Virus record (IMG/VR): IMGVR_UViG_3300042549_005369
Coordinates: 4,418 to 68,417 of that record
Origin: a virus
DNA length: 64,000 bases
Direction: 5' to 3' (one strand)
The notes under the pieces were generated by a model, which did not search any database, was not told the origin of the DNA, and was given only the letters and a program-made list of their open reading frames with translations. Of the stretch, positions 38,292-47,314 are shown piece after piece; the stretch's first letter is position 1, and every line of letters starts with the position of its first letter. A program made the translations under genes and the position numbers.

Positions 38292-38963
38292 TTATCGCCA
38301 CGAGCGCACACGCGAAACACCTACGCCTCGGGCGCGGATGTTCACTTGTTGTCGGGCATTGCCGCGTTGGTTCTGTTCTTTGTTGTCGAGACTTTTGAGT
38401 GCGTCTGCCATGAAGCTACGGGCATTGCCTAGATCAAGTGCTTCTTCGAGGATGATGCCTAGCATGGTCAATTTCAATGCCGTCATGTCAGGGCAAAGGG
38501 TGTTGGTCGTAGCGTCTTCGGGGAGCGACGAGTCAGGGATGTCGGGATCGTAGAGAGTGACTGGGGCATACATCACAATGGCGGAAATTACGTCATCCGC
38601 GTCAAGGTGCCCTGAAATCTTGTATTGGCGAACTCCTTCTTCGTCTACTCCTTGGTCGATAAGACGGGAGCTACCGACGCCGAGTTCGACCTCGCCCACG
38701 CCGCCCGGGACGTACTCGAATTCCTCCGCCCGAATGTCCACGGGCATTTTATCCACTCGCGCACCAAGGATCGAGGAGTATGCGGAAGGCAAATTGATTA
38801 CCCCATCCTCGTGGGTCAGGGTAGTGGCTTTTCGCGTCCACCGCCAACGGCCGTATTCGAGCAGACGCATATCTGCCTCGGTGAGAAGGCGCAAAAACTC
38901 GTAGTCATTGCTAGGTGCAATGCGAGGTTGCAGGTTCTCTTTGAGAAACGTCACTGTTGGCAT
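38292..38963 (-). CDS. putative head-tail adaptor / tail tubular protein A-like
   Basis: INLPSAYSSILGARVD..P, size and position; inference. Confidence 0.5.
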   Translation of the reverse strand: MPTVTFLKENLQPRIAPSNDYEFLRLLTEADMRLLEYGRWRWTRKATTLTHEDGVINLPSAYSSILGARVDKMPVDIRAEEFEYVPGGVGEVELGVGSSRLIDQGVDEEGVRQYKISGHLDADDVISAIVMYAPVTLYDPDIPDSSLPEDATTNTLCPDMTALKLTMLGIILEEALDLGNARSFMADALKSLDNKEQNQRGNARQQVNIRARGVGVSRVRSWR

Positions 38964-38969
38964 ACGGAG

Positions 38970-38997
38970 ATTGTGTCAAAACAACGTGGGATTGCAA
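38970..38997 (-). promoter_or_regulatory. sigma70-like promoter, near-leaderless
   Basis: TTGCAA-16 nt-CACAAT, 6 nt before ATG 38963. Confidence 0.45.
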
Positions 38998-39023
38998 GGA
39001 AAACTTTACGTGGGTGAAAGAAA

Positions 39024-39263
39024 TTAAGGTTTGCTCTTGGCGTCTGAGTAGGCGTTTGTCACTTTGCCTTTATGGCAAACTTTCCGCGATTTGAGGATGC
39101 CTTGTTCCACTTGGTTGAGTAGCAGTAATCTCGCGGTGCTTTGTGGCATCTTAAACTTAGCCCTGAAATCTTGTAACGTAAATTCGTCGCTGCGGATTTC
39201 TGGCAGGATCAGTTTCGACATCTGCGCCATTAGTTTTTCGGTATTACCAATCTTTTTCATCAT
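39024..39263 (-). CDS. small winged-helix-like protein
   Basis: EFTLQDFRAKFKMPQSTARLLL...GILKSRK. Confidence 0.6.
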   Translation of the reverse strand: MMKKIGNTEKLMAQMSKLILPEIRSDEFTLQDFRAKFKMPQSTARLLLLNQVEQGILKSRKVCHKGKVTNAYSDAKSKP

Positions 39264-40054
39264 TGTGAGGTGTAAACTTTAGAGCGAATCAGTGGTAGCT
39301 CGGTCTTGTCTTGGCCGCGAGCATCGAAAATAATCGCAGAGGGTTGCGGGATTGCATCAGGGACGACTTTGAATCCGTAGCGCGTCAGTCCTTGCCATGC
39401 GCCTGTGATTGCGCTGATCTGGTTTCCGTCCTGCCAAATTCCGTGTCGATGACGGTGAGCTCTCACCATAACATCGGGGACGCGCTTCTTGGTTCGCGAT
39501 CTGGCATGGCTGAGATTGCCCAGCATGATGCTGTGTGCGGAGGCTTCGAGGTATGTCCGCGCGGTCGCGGAGATGTGGTGGGCGAAGTTGTAGAGTTTGC
39601 CGTTCATTTCGAGATCAAGATTGTCCCATGCGTGCTGGCCATTGGATTTGTTTTTGCTCGCTCCGAGCGCACGTCCGACTGCAATTTCCTGATTGAGCGT
39701 ATGGCTCTCGGTGCCTTTGATGATGTGGATATTGGCCGCCCGCAGCATCAGATCGCCGAGGATTTGCTTTACCGCCGTAACTTGGTCGCCGAGGTCGGGC
39801 GTCATCACCTGCAAGGTTTTGTGGTGGATTCCATCGACAATATCGCCGTTAATTACGATGTCGTATGGCTGGCCATCGGTAACTTTTGCTACCCATTCGT
39901 TCATATCCAACCAGCATTTCCACAACCATTTCTGGAATTGGTTTTGGCCGATGGGGTTGCCTTCGTTGCTAAGGAAGTCCGCAGGCCATAAGCCCACGGT
40001 GCTGCCGACATGGAGGTCGCTGAGGACTAAGATGAGCTTGCTGGTAGTTTTCAT
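39260..40054 (-). CDS. calcineurin-like metallophosphoesterase
   Basis: SDLHVG, NGDIVDG, GTESH, HH, AHRH. Confidence 0.85.
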   Translation of the reverse strand: MKTTSKLILVLSDLHVGSTVGLWPADFLSNEGNPIGQNQFQKWLWKCWLDMNEWVAKVTDGQPYDIVINGDIVDGIHHKTLQVMTPDLGDQVTAVKQILGDLMLRAANIHIIKGTESHTLNQEIAVGRALGASKNKSNGQHAWDNLDLEMNGKLYNFAHHISATARTYLEASAHSIMLGNLSHARSRTKKRVPDVMVRAHRHRHGIWQDGNQISAITGAWQGLTRYGFKVVPDAIPQPSAIIFDARGQDKTELPLIRSKVYTSQ

Positions 40055-40056
40055 GG

Positions 40057-40548
40057 TTATACGGTGATTCTGATACGCGCTTTGACTTGCGAGACTGAGC
40101 GTGTTTTCTTTGTGACGCAATTACCCTCGCGTGATCCTGCGGCGTTAGTATTGCCATCAATCGTTTGAATCTTGCCGTCCTTGGCATCGGCCAACGCGAT
40201 ACCAATGTGGGAAAATTTGAAAATAACCAAGTCACCACGCTTGATGTCACCCATTGGGTCATGCTTGGTATTCGTGCTTTTATCCTGAGCAAGTGACCAG
40301 TCAATAAATCCAAACGCGCTTGGCGTAGTGGGACGCTTAAAAGTCACAGATCGGCCAGCGAGAACAACTTGGAAGCACCAGCAGACAAAACTAGCGCACC
40401 AAGCGTAGCCGTCATCGGTTGCGTTTGGCTTGTAGTTGTCAGCGGCAAAGAATGGTTGTAGTTCTTTTCCTTTGTTATTCCCGCCGCTTTCCTTAACTCC
40501 GAGCTTTGTCAATGCGGTGATAACTAGTGATTCTGCGATTGGTTTCAT
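40057..40548 (-). CDS. CHAP-domain endolysin
   Basis: WCASFVCW, GDLVIF, SHIGI, TIDGNT. Confidence 0.85.
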   Translation of the reverse strand: MKPIAESLVITALTKLGVKESGGNNKGKELQPFFAADNYKPNATDDGYAWCASFVCWCFQVVLAGRSVTFKRPTTPSAFGFIDWSLAQDKSTNTKHDPMGDIKRGDLVIFKFSHIGIALADAKDGKIQTIDGNTNAAGSREGNCVTKKTRSVSQVKARIRITV

Positions 40549-41003
40549 AGTAGTTTAGAATGCACGCTCTTATCCTTCTTCCAGAAGTCCTCCCCGAAGC
40601 TCATAACCGCTTGGTAGTATGGTTCAGAGAGCGGGAAACGGTCTTTGCGCATGAGCGAGCGGAAAAGCCCGTTGACCTGCTCAAAAGTTAGCTTAAAATG
40701 ATTCGTGGCTGAGAACTGGAAAAGCACATCGTGAACTAGCGATGCGTGGACGTTGGTAGCATGATCTGGAGTGCCGATCCACACACCTAGCACTTTGCGT
40801 TTGGGACTACAACCATTCCATGCGTAGTTTGGTGAGACATAGAGAATGCCCTCCTCGATTGTCGCCCAGACTCTTCCGCTGCTATCGCAGAATGCCGCAT
40901 TGCGGTGGAAGAATTGGAGTGGTGTCGCGATGATGCGTTTGGTAACAAAGCGATAAACTTTGCTGTCAGTCGTCCGAGCGTAGTCTGTGCCGAGGTGGAT
41001 CAT
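40545..41003 (-). CDS. DUF1353-like protein
   Basis: YAWNGCS...ASLVHDVLFQ...YYQAV..FG. Confidence 0.7.
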   Translation of the reverse strand: MIHLGTDYARTTDSKVYRFVTKRIIATPLQFFHRNAAFCDSSGRVWATIEEGILYVSPNYAWNGCSPKRKVLGVWIGTPDHATNVHASLVHDVLFQFSATNHFKLTFEQVNGLFRSLMRKDRFPLSEPYYQAVMSFGEDFWKKDKSVHSKLL

Positions 41004-41013
41004 TTTTTGTAAG

Positions 41014-41358
41014 CTATGCGTTTGTCTGCAAAATCCAATCTTGCAAGCGTTTGACGACATCACTTGCGGTGTGACCGTCCCACTCTTTTCCTATGTCAAG
41101 TATTGCGCATTTTGTCGCCTTTGCAATTTCCATCATTGCATCTGGCAAGTGATAAGTGACCGTTCCAGTCGGCAAATCCATACCAGCGATAAACCAGCCA
41201 TTCCATTCGCTTTCGTCATGATGCTTTTTACTCACCCAAGAAATTGACGGATTGCTTGCCATCAAAGCAAGAAAAAGCGTGCATCTGTGGTCGTATAGTT
41301 CGTTAAAGGTGTGGTATCCGTCAGATACTTCCCCCATGTTTTTTGGATCGTCTATCAT
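41014..41358 (-). CDS. WDGH-motif phage protein
   Basis: SDGYHTFNELYDHR...TYHLP...WDGHT. Confidence 0.75.
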   Translation of the reverse strand: MIDDPKNMGEVSDGYHTFNELYDHRCTLFLALMASNPSISWVSKKHHDESEWNGWFIAGMDLPTGTVTYHLPDAMMEIAKATKCAILDIGKEWDGHTASDVVKRLQDWILQTNA

Positions 41359-41359
41359 G

Positions 41360-41566
41360 TCATTTGTCTCGATGTTGAATTGTTTTCCAGAAGCAGCCGT
41401 GCGCCCCGCAGCCGCCACTTAGTCGCGTGACATCTTTCTCCAAAGCCTGTATACGGTACATCAGCAGTGAGTAAATTAGTTTACCCAAGGCTCCGACAAT
41501 TCCGCAGAGCGAGAGAAAACCCGTTAATGCCCAGCCGATTGGGATCGTGAAGTTTGCTTCGTTCAT
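41360..41566 (-). CDS. putative holin / membrane lysis protein
   Basis: one TM helix followed by a short coiled coil, upstream of the lysin. Confidence 0.5.
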   Translation of the reverse strand: MNEANFTIPIGWALTGFLSLCGIVGALGKLIYSLLMYRIQALEKDVTRLSGGCGAHGCFWKTIQHRDK

Positions 41567-41814
41567 TGGAAAAGGTCATCTAGCTGTTCAGGTGTTAGTG
41601 AGAATTTAGGCGCAAGAGCAGCGAGCAATTCTGAGTTTCTGCGAACGGTTGTTTCGTATTCCCATGAGTTCTGAGCCAAGGCTCGATCCATTTCGTTGGG
41701 GATTTTTGCAATCTCATCGTCAACCAAGTTTGGCGTGATGCCAGCGAGAATCAAACGTTGGCGAAACATCGCCATGCTTAGACTCATTGTATCTCTGTCT
41801 GTCTCGTTTTTCAT
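41563..41814 (-). CDS. small tail-fibre-associated protein
   Basis: WEY...RR...LTPEQLDDLF; coupled to the fibre gene. Confidence 0.6.
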   Translation of the reverse strand: MKNETDRDTMSLSMAMFRQRLILAGITPNLVDDEIAKIPNEMDRALAQNSWEYETTVRRNSELLAALAPKFSLTPEQLDDLFQ

Positions 41815-44081
41815 CCAAGTATAAGTTTGCGGTTAAGTATTTTTGCGATGATTGATTGCCCTGCGAGCGGGGCAACTGTCGAGTGAGTTGCTGCAAGCCA
41901 TAGCGGTATCCCTTGGTTTGCAAATGCCCCACTTGTTGGCCCACCCGCAAGCGTTACCGTTGGGGTTAAACTTGGCACGGATGCCGCACTATTGTTCCCA
42001 AACCACGTGTGCGCCGTAACGATTCCTGCCGCATCCAGACGGACAATAACATTGAAAAACCCGTCAAGGTTTACCGCGCCTAACCCAGTGTCGATTCCAG
42101 TCCCTTCAACATAAGTGGTGCCGTTGTGCGCCCAAAGGTTAAATTCCAGTTTGCTTGTCAAATTATTCCAAGCAATTCGCCATCCGAAGCCCCTGCCAGT
42201 AGTAGCGTTCGCGTCTGCCGCAACTGCTGATGCGCCATTGGCCATGCCAATTCCACAGCGAAAACTTGCGCCATTTGCACCAGCTCCCGCATGGATAATA
42301 TTTCCTGCGCTTGCTAGCGATACTGGCATTACAACGTTAGCTGCACCAGAGTTGCCCGGATTGCGATTCCAGTTACGGAAACGATACACGTTTGGGCGCA
42401 GGTTGGCGGTAGCGGTTGTGAGGTTCAAATTGTCACCGTCAGCCCCCCCTACTGCGGTTGCCCCATTAGCAACAAAATTTCCGATGTCGCTTTCCATTAC
42501 CGTGAGAAGCGTAAATAACTCAAGTGCTGCTTTGTGCGCCGTTGCTGCGCCTGTCCCATAAGTGTAAGCCGTGCCGTTAAACGTGGTTGTTCCCGATAGT
42601 GTGGCAGCGTCAGCGTTTTGCGTGGCAAGTGTCCCAAGACCCAAAGCCGTGCGATGCGCTGTCGCTGTTGATCCATTATATGTAAATGTCGATCCTGTTT
42701 GATATGTTGCACCCAATGAGGAAACTACGCCTGAAAATGTTGCTAGCGAGTTGCTAAGGTCAAGTGATGTTGCAACTGATCCACCATAGCTAGTTTTGAA
42801 AAGTAATTTGTCGCTCGTCGATCCTGTTGCCTCGGTTGTGATAGCTGCCGTGGTGACTGGACTGCCGCCGTTATACCATTGCCAAATGATTTGTTGTCCA
42901 TCCCCGACTGCTGTCGGATTGGCTGTAAATGTCATCTTAGTCTGAATCCCAGACGTGACATCCTGCGAAAGCGTTAGGTTGGAAATATCGAGACTTGCCG
43001 TGCCGTCTGATGTCGTTGCACTTGTCACAGCGTTAGGCGCGATTGCCTCTACCGCTGTCGTGAAGTCTGAAATGTCTGTGCTCGCGATTGCGCCTGTCGT
43101 CGAAGCAACTAGCGCAAGATTGCCGCTTGCGTCTGGGAATGCAATGCTGCGTACATCGGTAGCCGCTTGTCCGCTGAGTATTACAACGCCGCCTGAGTTC
43201 GTGCTTGCTAAAGAGATCGAGCCGCTTGGGTAAACCTGAACGGATGCGACATTTAGAGATGCCGTGCCGTCACTGGTCGTTGCGCTTGTAACGCTGTTGG
43301 CAGCTTGAGTTATGGTTCCAAAAAGTATCGAGTGACCATTGGTGAGTGGCGATCCTGCCGATGACACCAAAGTCACGGGGAAAGTATAGTATGCCGTCGA
43401 GGTATTGGCACCCGTCACCGTTGGTGTCCCACTGATCTCCCAAATCTGGTTTTGCGATGAATCGTTTCGGTTTTGTATGAAGATTTTTTGACCTTCAAGG
43501 AAGAATGAAAGGAAAAGCTCAACGTCGGAACCCTCATCATCCTTGTGCGAAACGAGGATTGCCGTTGCACTTGTTTGAGTGGCATTGTTCCAAAGCAAAT
43601 GTCCGTCTGTCGGATAGCCGCTTGTGGCGTTGGTTTTAGCCTTGTATCGCCATGCCGTAGACGATCCACCGTTTGCCCCCGTCGCACCTGTCGCACCTGT
43701 CGCTCCCGTCGCACCAGTTGGGCCTTGTGGTATGCCGAAATTGAAAACCGCTGCGCTTGACGTGCCTACATTGACGACTGTTGCGGGCGATCCTGCGGAA
43801 AGCGTAGTCGTCGTTCCGACTGAGACCGTTGCTGCGTTGCCAGTTGCACCTGTTGCCCCCGTCGCACCTGTCGCACCTACTGCGCCTCGCGGTATGCCGA
43901 AATTGAAAACCGCTGCGCTTGATGTGCCAGCATTTGAGACCGTTGCCGATGACCCGGGTGCAAGTGTTGTCGTCGTGCCGACTGCAATCGTTGCTGCTGC
44001 ACCCCCGGGGCCTTGTGGGGCTTTTATCTCCACTCGGATTGGAGCACCTTCGATAACGGCTTGGATGGCAGGAATTGGCAT
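41811..44081 (-). CDS. tail fibre with collagen-like repeats
   Basis: two TTTTL..GS.ATV.N.GTSSAAVFNFGIP.G + (GAT)n blocks; ALGLGTLATQN; beta-rich C-terminus. Confidence 0.85.
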   Translation of the reverse strand: MPIPAIQAVIEGAPIRVEIKAPQGPGGAAATIAVGTTTTLAPGSSATVSNAGTSSAAVFNFGIPRGAVGATGATGATGATGNAATVSVGTTTTLSAGSPATVVNVGTSSAAVFNFGIPQGPTGATGATGATGATGANGGSSTAWRYKAKTNATSGYPTDGHLLWNNATQTSATAILVSHKDDEGSDVELFLSFFLEGQKIFIQNRNDSSQNQIWEISGTPTVTGANTSTAYYTFPVTLVSSAGSPLTNGHSILFGTITQAANSVTSATTSDGTASLNVASVQVYPSGSISLASTNSGGVVILSGQAATDVRSIAFPDASGNLALVASTTGAIASTDISDFTTAVEAIAPNAVTSATTSDGTASLDISNLTLSQDVTSGIQTKMTFTANPTAVGDGQQIIWQWYNGGSPVTTAAITTEATGSTSDKLLFKTSYGGSVATSLDLSNSLATFSGVVSSLGATYQTGSTFTYNGSTATAHRTALGLGTLATQNADAATLSGTTTFNGTAYTYGTGAATAHKAALELFTLLTVMESDIGNFVANGATAVGGADGDNLNLTTATANLRPNVYRFRNWNRNPGNSGAANVVMPVSLASAGNIIHAGAGANGASFRCGIGMANGASAVAADANATTGRGFGWRIAWNNLTSKLEFNLWAHNGTTYVEGTGIDTGLGAVNLDGFFNVIVRLDAAGIVTAHTWFGNNSAASVPSLTPTVTLAGGPTSGAFANQGIPLWLAATHSTVAPLAGQSIIAKILNRKLILG

Positions 44082-44085
44082 ATTT

Positions 44086-44424
44086 TTAAGGAATGTTAGG
44101 GGTGAACCATTTTACCTCGGGCATCCATTCAAGAAAGGGATTGCCTTCAAAGTCGCGGAGGCCGATGCGGACGTATCCAAGAGGCAGTGACCGAGTTTGC
44201 TCGGGAGTCATGGTGATGGTAATTGTCCCAGTGTCATCGTAGGCACTAGTAACGGTTGGAACCACGATAACGCGGTCGGCGCGAAGGTCTTTTATCTCGC
44301 ACACGAATGGCCCAAGGTTGGTCAAGTCTAACGGGTCATCCGTAGCCGTAACAACGAACAGAAAGTCAAAAGACCATCTGGCACCTCGGAAAATAGGAAC
44401 ATCTTGTGGCTCGCCCGGAGTCAT
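44086..44424 (-). CDS. small structural protein (BppU/LtfC-like)
   Basis: IFRGARWSF...PLDLT...GTITITMTPEQT..LP. Confidence 0.6.
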   Translation of the reverse strand: MTPGEPQDVPIFRGARWSFDFLFVVTATDDPLDLTNLGPFVCEIKDLRADRVIVVPTVTSAYDDTGTITITMTPEQTRSLPLGYVRIGLRDFEGNPFLEWMPEVKWFTPNIP

Positions 44425-44463
44425 CTTGCCATCAGACTACTGATAAGTAGACCGATGGCAAGA
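44424..44463 (-). promoter_or_regulatory. promoter embedded in a 10-bp inverted repeat
   Basis: TTGCCA-16 nt-TAGTCT; TCTTGCCATC...GATGGCAAGA arms. Confidence 0.45.
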
Positions 44464-44475
44464 AAAAAGTGTGGG

Positions 44476-46698
44476 CTAAATTCCAAACCCTACGTTCATT
44501 TCCCACTGCGGTCGGTTCGGGAGCAATTCAGTGATGCCCCTTTTCAGTCCTTCCGTGAGAATTTTGTCTGCAAAGTTAAGGAATTGAGCCTCACCAAACG
44601 GAACGCCCCATGCTTTTTCTGTGGTGATTTTCACAGGATCGACTGCATGGAGGTGGAAGTAAGCCATTTCCATGGGGAATTTTTCCCACACTCCGAACTT
44701 GCGAATCACGTCCATTGCTTTCTCGCGCTCGTAGACGTAGGGAGTGTGCGTTGAGAATACCTTCTGGTTTTTGATTCCCATCTCCGAAAGCATGGTCAGA
44801 ACTCTCACGATGCCTACACGCCATGCGTTAGCTTGCGGGTCGGCACGTCGGCAGAAATCCTCGGGGATGTCTTTCAGATACAAGGTTTTTTCGCAGTCTT
44901 CCCATGTGGTAGGGCGGAGAAGCAGGATGTCGTCGTTCATCCACAGAACCTTTTTGGCGGTCTGCACACCCTTGGCAAGAGCTTCTTGGTAGGTGTATGC
45001 CCCAATGTATCGGACGCGTCCGCCCTCGATCAGCCACCCGGGTTTCTGCGTCCCCATAATGTAGATGGGGCATTCCTTGTCCTCGAAAAACGTGTCAATA
45101 GCCCGCAGGGAATACCGCAGTTCGTGCCACTTCTCGGCATCTGCTTTCCACGGGTAGACGATGGCACGTTCAAGATCAGGAGTATCTTTGCCTAGCTGTG
45201 GGTTTGATACTTCTAGCTTGATCGCAGGGTGAATGCTGACTTTGTGCCACCGTTTCGGGACTGGCTCCCATTGGCCGTAGGAGTTGCCTCCTGTGTGCCA
45301 GATTTCGGGAGTCACTACGTATCCGTTATGTTTGCGCTCGCCAAGCCATGCTCCCCACCATCCAAAGGTAGAGTTGCTGATGATGTGGTGATGGCAGGAT
45401 GCCAATGTGCGGATGCCCTCAATCGGCTCTTGTGGGGGCATGACAGTCACGTTGGAGTAGTGGGCGAAAAAATCCGAACACCAGTCGGGATCATCTGATA
45501 CCACAATGAAATGACAACCCACGACTCGCTCTGCCATCCACTTCATGCCGTTCACGAAGTAGTCAGGGGTGGTGACATTAAGGCGGCTATGCTTCAGGTA
45601 GTCGCCACGGCGGACTTGTATTCCGACAGGTGTTGTCCCTTCGGGGTTTGGCAGTTCCACAGACTCTAGCTCGAAGATTGAGGCAATCTCGTCTGCATGG
45701 TCGCCAAAACAGGCTTCCGCTTGAAACGGGCAGGCGATGCGGCACACTTCATCTTTCGAGCCGATGATTCGCGACTTGGCAATATCGAACAGCCCGCGAT
45801 GCCCTTGACCAATTTTGTTCATCAGGAGTGGCTCATCCCGAGCAGGGGACTCAGCAAGTCCGAACACCCCAAGGCTGAACTCACGTAGGCTGCTTGGCTT
45901 CCACGTCCAGCGGAGTGGCAGGTTGAGCGTGCGGGACAGGCTATACGCCGCTGCCCATTCAAACATCTGATTGCCGAGGCCACAGTTTTTGACGAACTCT
46001 AGCTCGATGATCTTGTCGGACTTTGGCATTTTCCGTGGTGCTACGCTGTAACGCACAGAGTCGGACGGCGGTAGTTCGAGAAGCCCAAGACGCTTTACGA
46101 GATCGAGGTTGAAGCCCTTGTGATTCCCCCAAAGGTGGACGAACCACGATGGCTCAAAGTCGCGGCAGTAGCGATTCCAATGCGAAGACAATACTTCGGC
46201 CTTGACCTTGGATTTCACCGCGCAGGTGTTGAACCAGTGCTGCTCTTGGTATTTTTCGACGAACTCGGTGTTTCGCATCGTCGCAAGCAACTTCTTGGCG
46301 TTGGCTCTGTCGCAACTCCATACACCTGCGTTGAAATAATTCCATTCAGATGTCCCTGCGATTTCGCCGTAGTTCTTGTCCGACCACTCGCGCCAGAAGC
46401 GATTGTGCATCGTGTGCCATCGGTCGGTGGCTACGCAGAATGCTTTGCGCATGGGGAACTCAGGGGTATCGGAACGAACGAACACGTCCGCGTCCACGTA
46501 GAGTATGACATCATTTTTCCCCTTGAGGAATTGTTCAAGCATGTCCATTTGGACGAGCTTTGGCGTTGGGTAGTCATGGGAATTGTCCCAGACAGTCAGT
46601 GGGTAATTGTGGCGTTCGCACCACTGGTCGAGGGTGGCAGAACATTCAGCTATGATCGGGTCGTTTCCGAACCGTAGGGTATGGACTTCTAGTTGCAT
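44476..46698 (-). CDS. tri-domain glycosyltransferase: GT-A (DxD) + GT11 alpha-1,2-fucosyltransferase-like + Stealth-like
   Basis: YVDADVF/YFNAGV/QEQ; GLGNQMF, QVRRGDY, SDD, SNSTFGWWGAWL; ELRYSLRAI, MNDD, THTP. Confidence 0.85.
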   Translation of the reverse strand: MQLEVHTLRFGNDPIIAECSATLDQWCERHNYPLTVWDNSHDYPTPKLVQMDMLEQFLKGKNDVILYVDADVFVRSDTPEFPMRKAFCVATDRWHTMHNRFWREWSDKNYGEIAGTSEWNYFNAGVWSCDRANAKKLLATMRNTEFVEKYQEQHWFNTCAVKSKVKAEVLSSHWNRYCRDFEPSWFVHLWGNHKGFNLDLVKRLGLLELPPSDSVRYSVAPRKMPKSDKIIELEFVKNCGLGNQMFEWAAAYSLSRTLNLPLRWTWKPSSLREFSLGVFGLAESPARDEPLLMNKIGQGHRGLFDIAKSRIIGSKDEVCRIACPFQAEACFGDHADEIASIFELESVELPNPEGTTPVGIQVRRGDYLKHSRLNVTTPDYFVNGMKWMAERVVGCHFIVVSDDPDWCSDFFAHYSNVTVMPPQEPIEGIRTLASCHHHIISNSTFGWWGAWLGERKHNGYVVTPEIWHTGGNSYGQWEPVPKRWHKVSIHPAIKLEVSNPQLGKDTPDLERAIVYPWKADAEKWHELRYSLRAIDTFFEDKECPIYIMGTQKPGWLIEGGRVRYIGAYTYQEALAKGVQTAKKVLWMNDDILLLRPTTWEDCEKTLYLKDIPEDFCRRADPQANAWRVGIVRVLTMLSEMGIKNQKVFSTHTPYVYEREKAMDVIRKFGVWEKFPMEMAYFHLHAVDPVKITTEKAWGVPFGEAQFLNFADKILTEGLKRGITELLPNRPQWEMNVGFGI

Positions 46699-46715
46699 GG
46701 TGGTGGTAATGGTGA

Positions 46716-47288
46716 TTATTTGCGTCGAAAAACGGCGAACCCACGGAATGTTTTTTCGCTGTTACGGTCAATGGCGTCCTCGGTGCATTTCCAGTCAGGG
46801 TGCTGTCTTAGCAGCTTCGCAGCATTCCAAGACCCCCAGCAGCCTTTCAGGCGTGGGAACGCTTGAGTGTCGTGCATACAGATGACCTTGGCTCCCCATG
46901 CGAGGGCGCGGAGAGTATCGGCAAGCGCAGGCCAACGGTGATCGCCGTCGATGAACACGAAGTCGGCCGAAGAGATAGTTGTCAAATCCCATGATGGCGT
47001 TGTGTGCAGCGTAACCTTGTTGGGGTCATTGGCGAACGCTAAGACGCGGCGAAGTTCTGGGGTCGGAGTTAGCTCGATGACGTGCAAATGGTCGAGCTTA
47101 CCTGCGTTGAGGGCCTCAATCAATGCGCAGGTCGTGCGTCCTTTCCATGGGCCAATTTCCACGGCTACGCGGCTGCCCTTCCAGTCGGAGATGGCAGCAT
47201 CATAAAGCATGTAAATGTGGCGGTCGTCCATCTGCATCCAGTCTGATTGGACAAGTGGGTATTTCTGTAAGTCAAATGTGGGTGTCAT
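46716..47288 (-). CDS. class I SAM-dependent methyltransferase (Methyltransf_24-like)
   Basis: VEIGPWKGRTT, DFVFIDGDH, ICMHD. Confidence 0.85.
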   Translation of the reverse strand: MTPTFDLQKYPLVQSDWMQMDDRHIYMLYDAAISDWKGSRVAVEIGPWKGRTTCALIEALNAGKLDHLHVIELTPTPELRRVLAFANDPNKVTLHTTPSWDLTTISSADFVFIDGDHRWPALADTLRALAWGAKVICMHDTQAFPRLKGCWGSWNAAKLLRQHPDWKCTEDAIDRNSEKTFRGFAVFRRK

Positions 47289-47314
47289 ATTGGTGGTTGG
47301 TGGTTGGTGGTTGG

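Noticed and set aside
41811-44081. Diversity-generating retroelement or invertible tail-fibre switch
   Set aside because: No reverse transcriptase, no adenine-variable TR/VR pair, and no inverted repeats or opposite-strand fibre fragment seen
44424-44470. Rho-independent terminator
   Set aside because: On the coding (minus) strand the T tract precedes the hairpin; it fits a promoter/operator better
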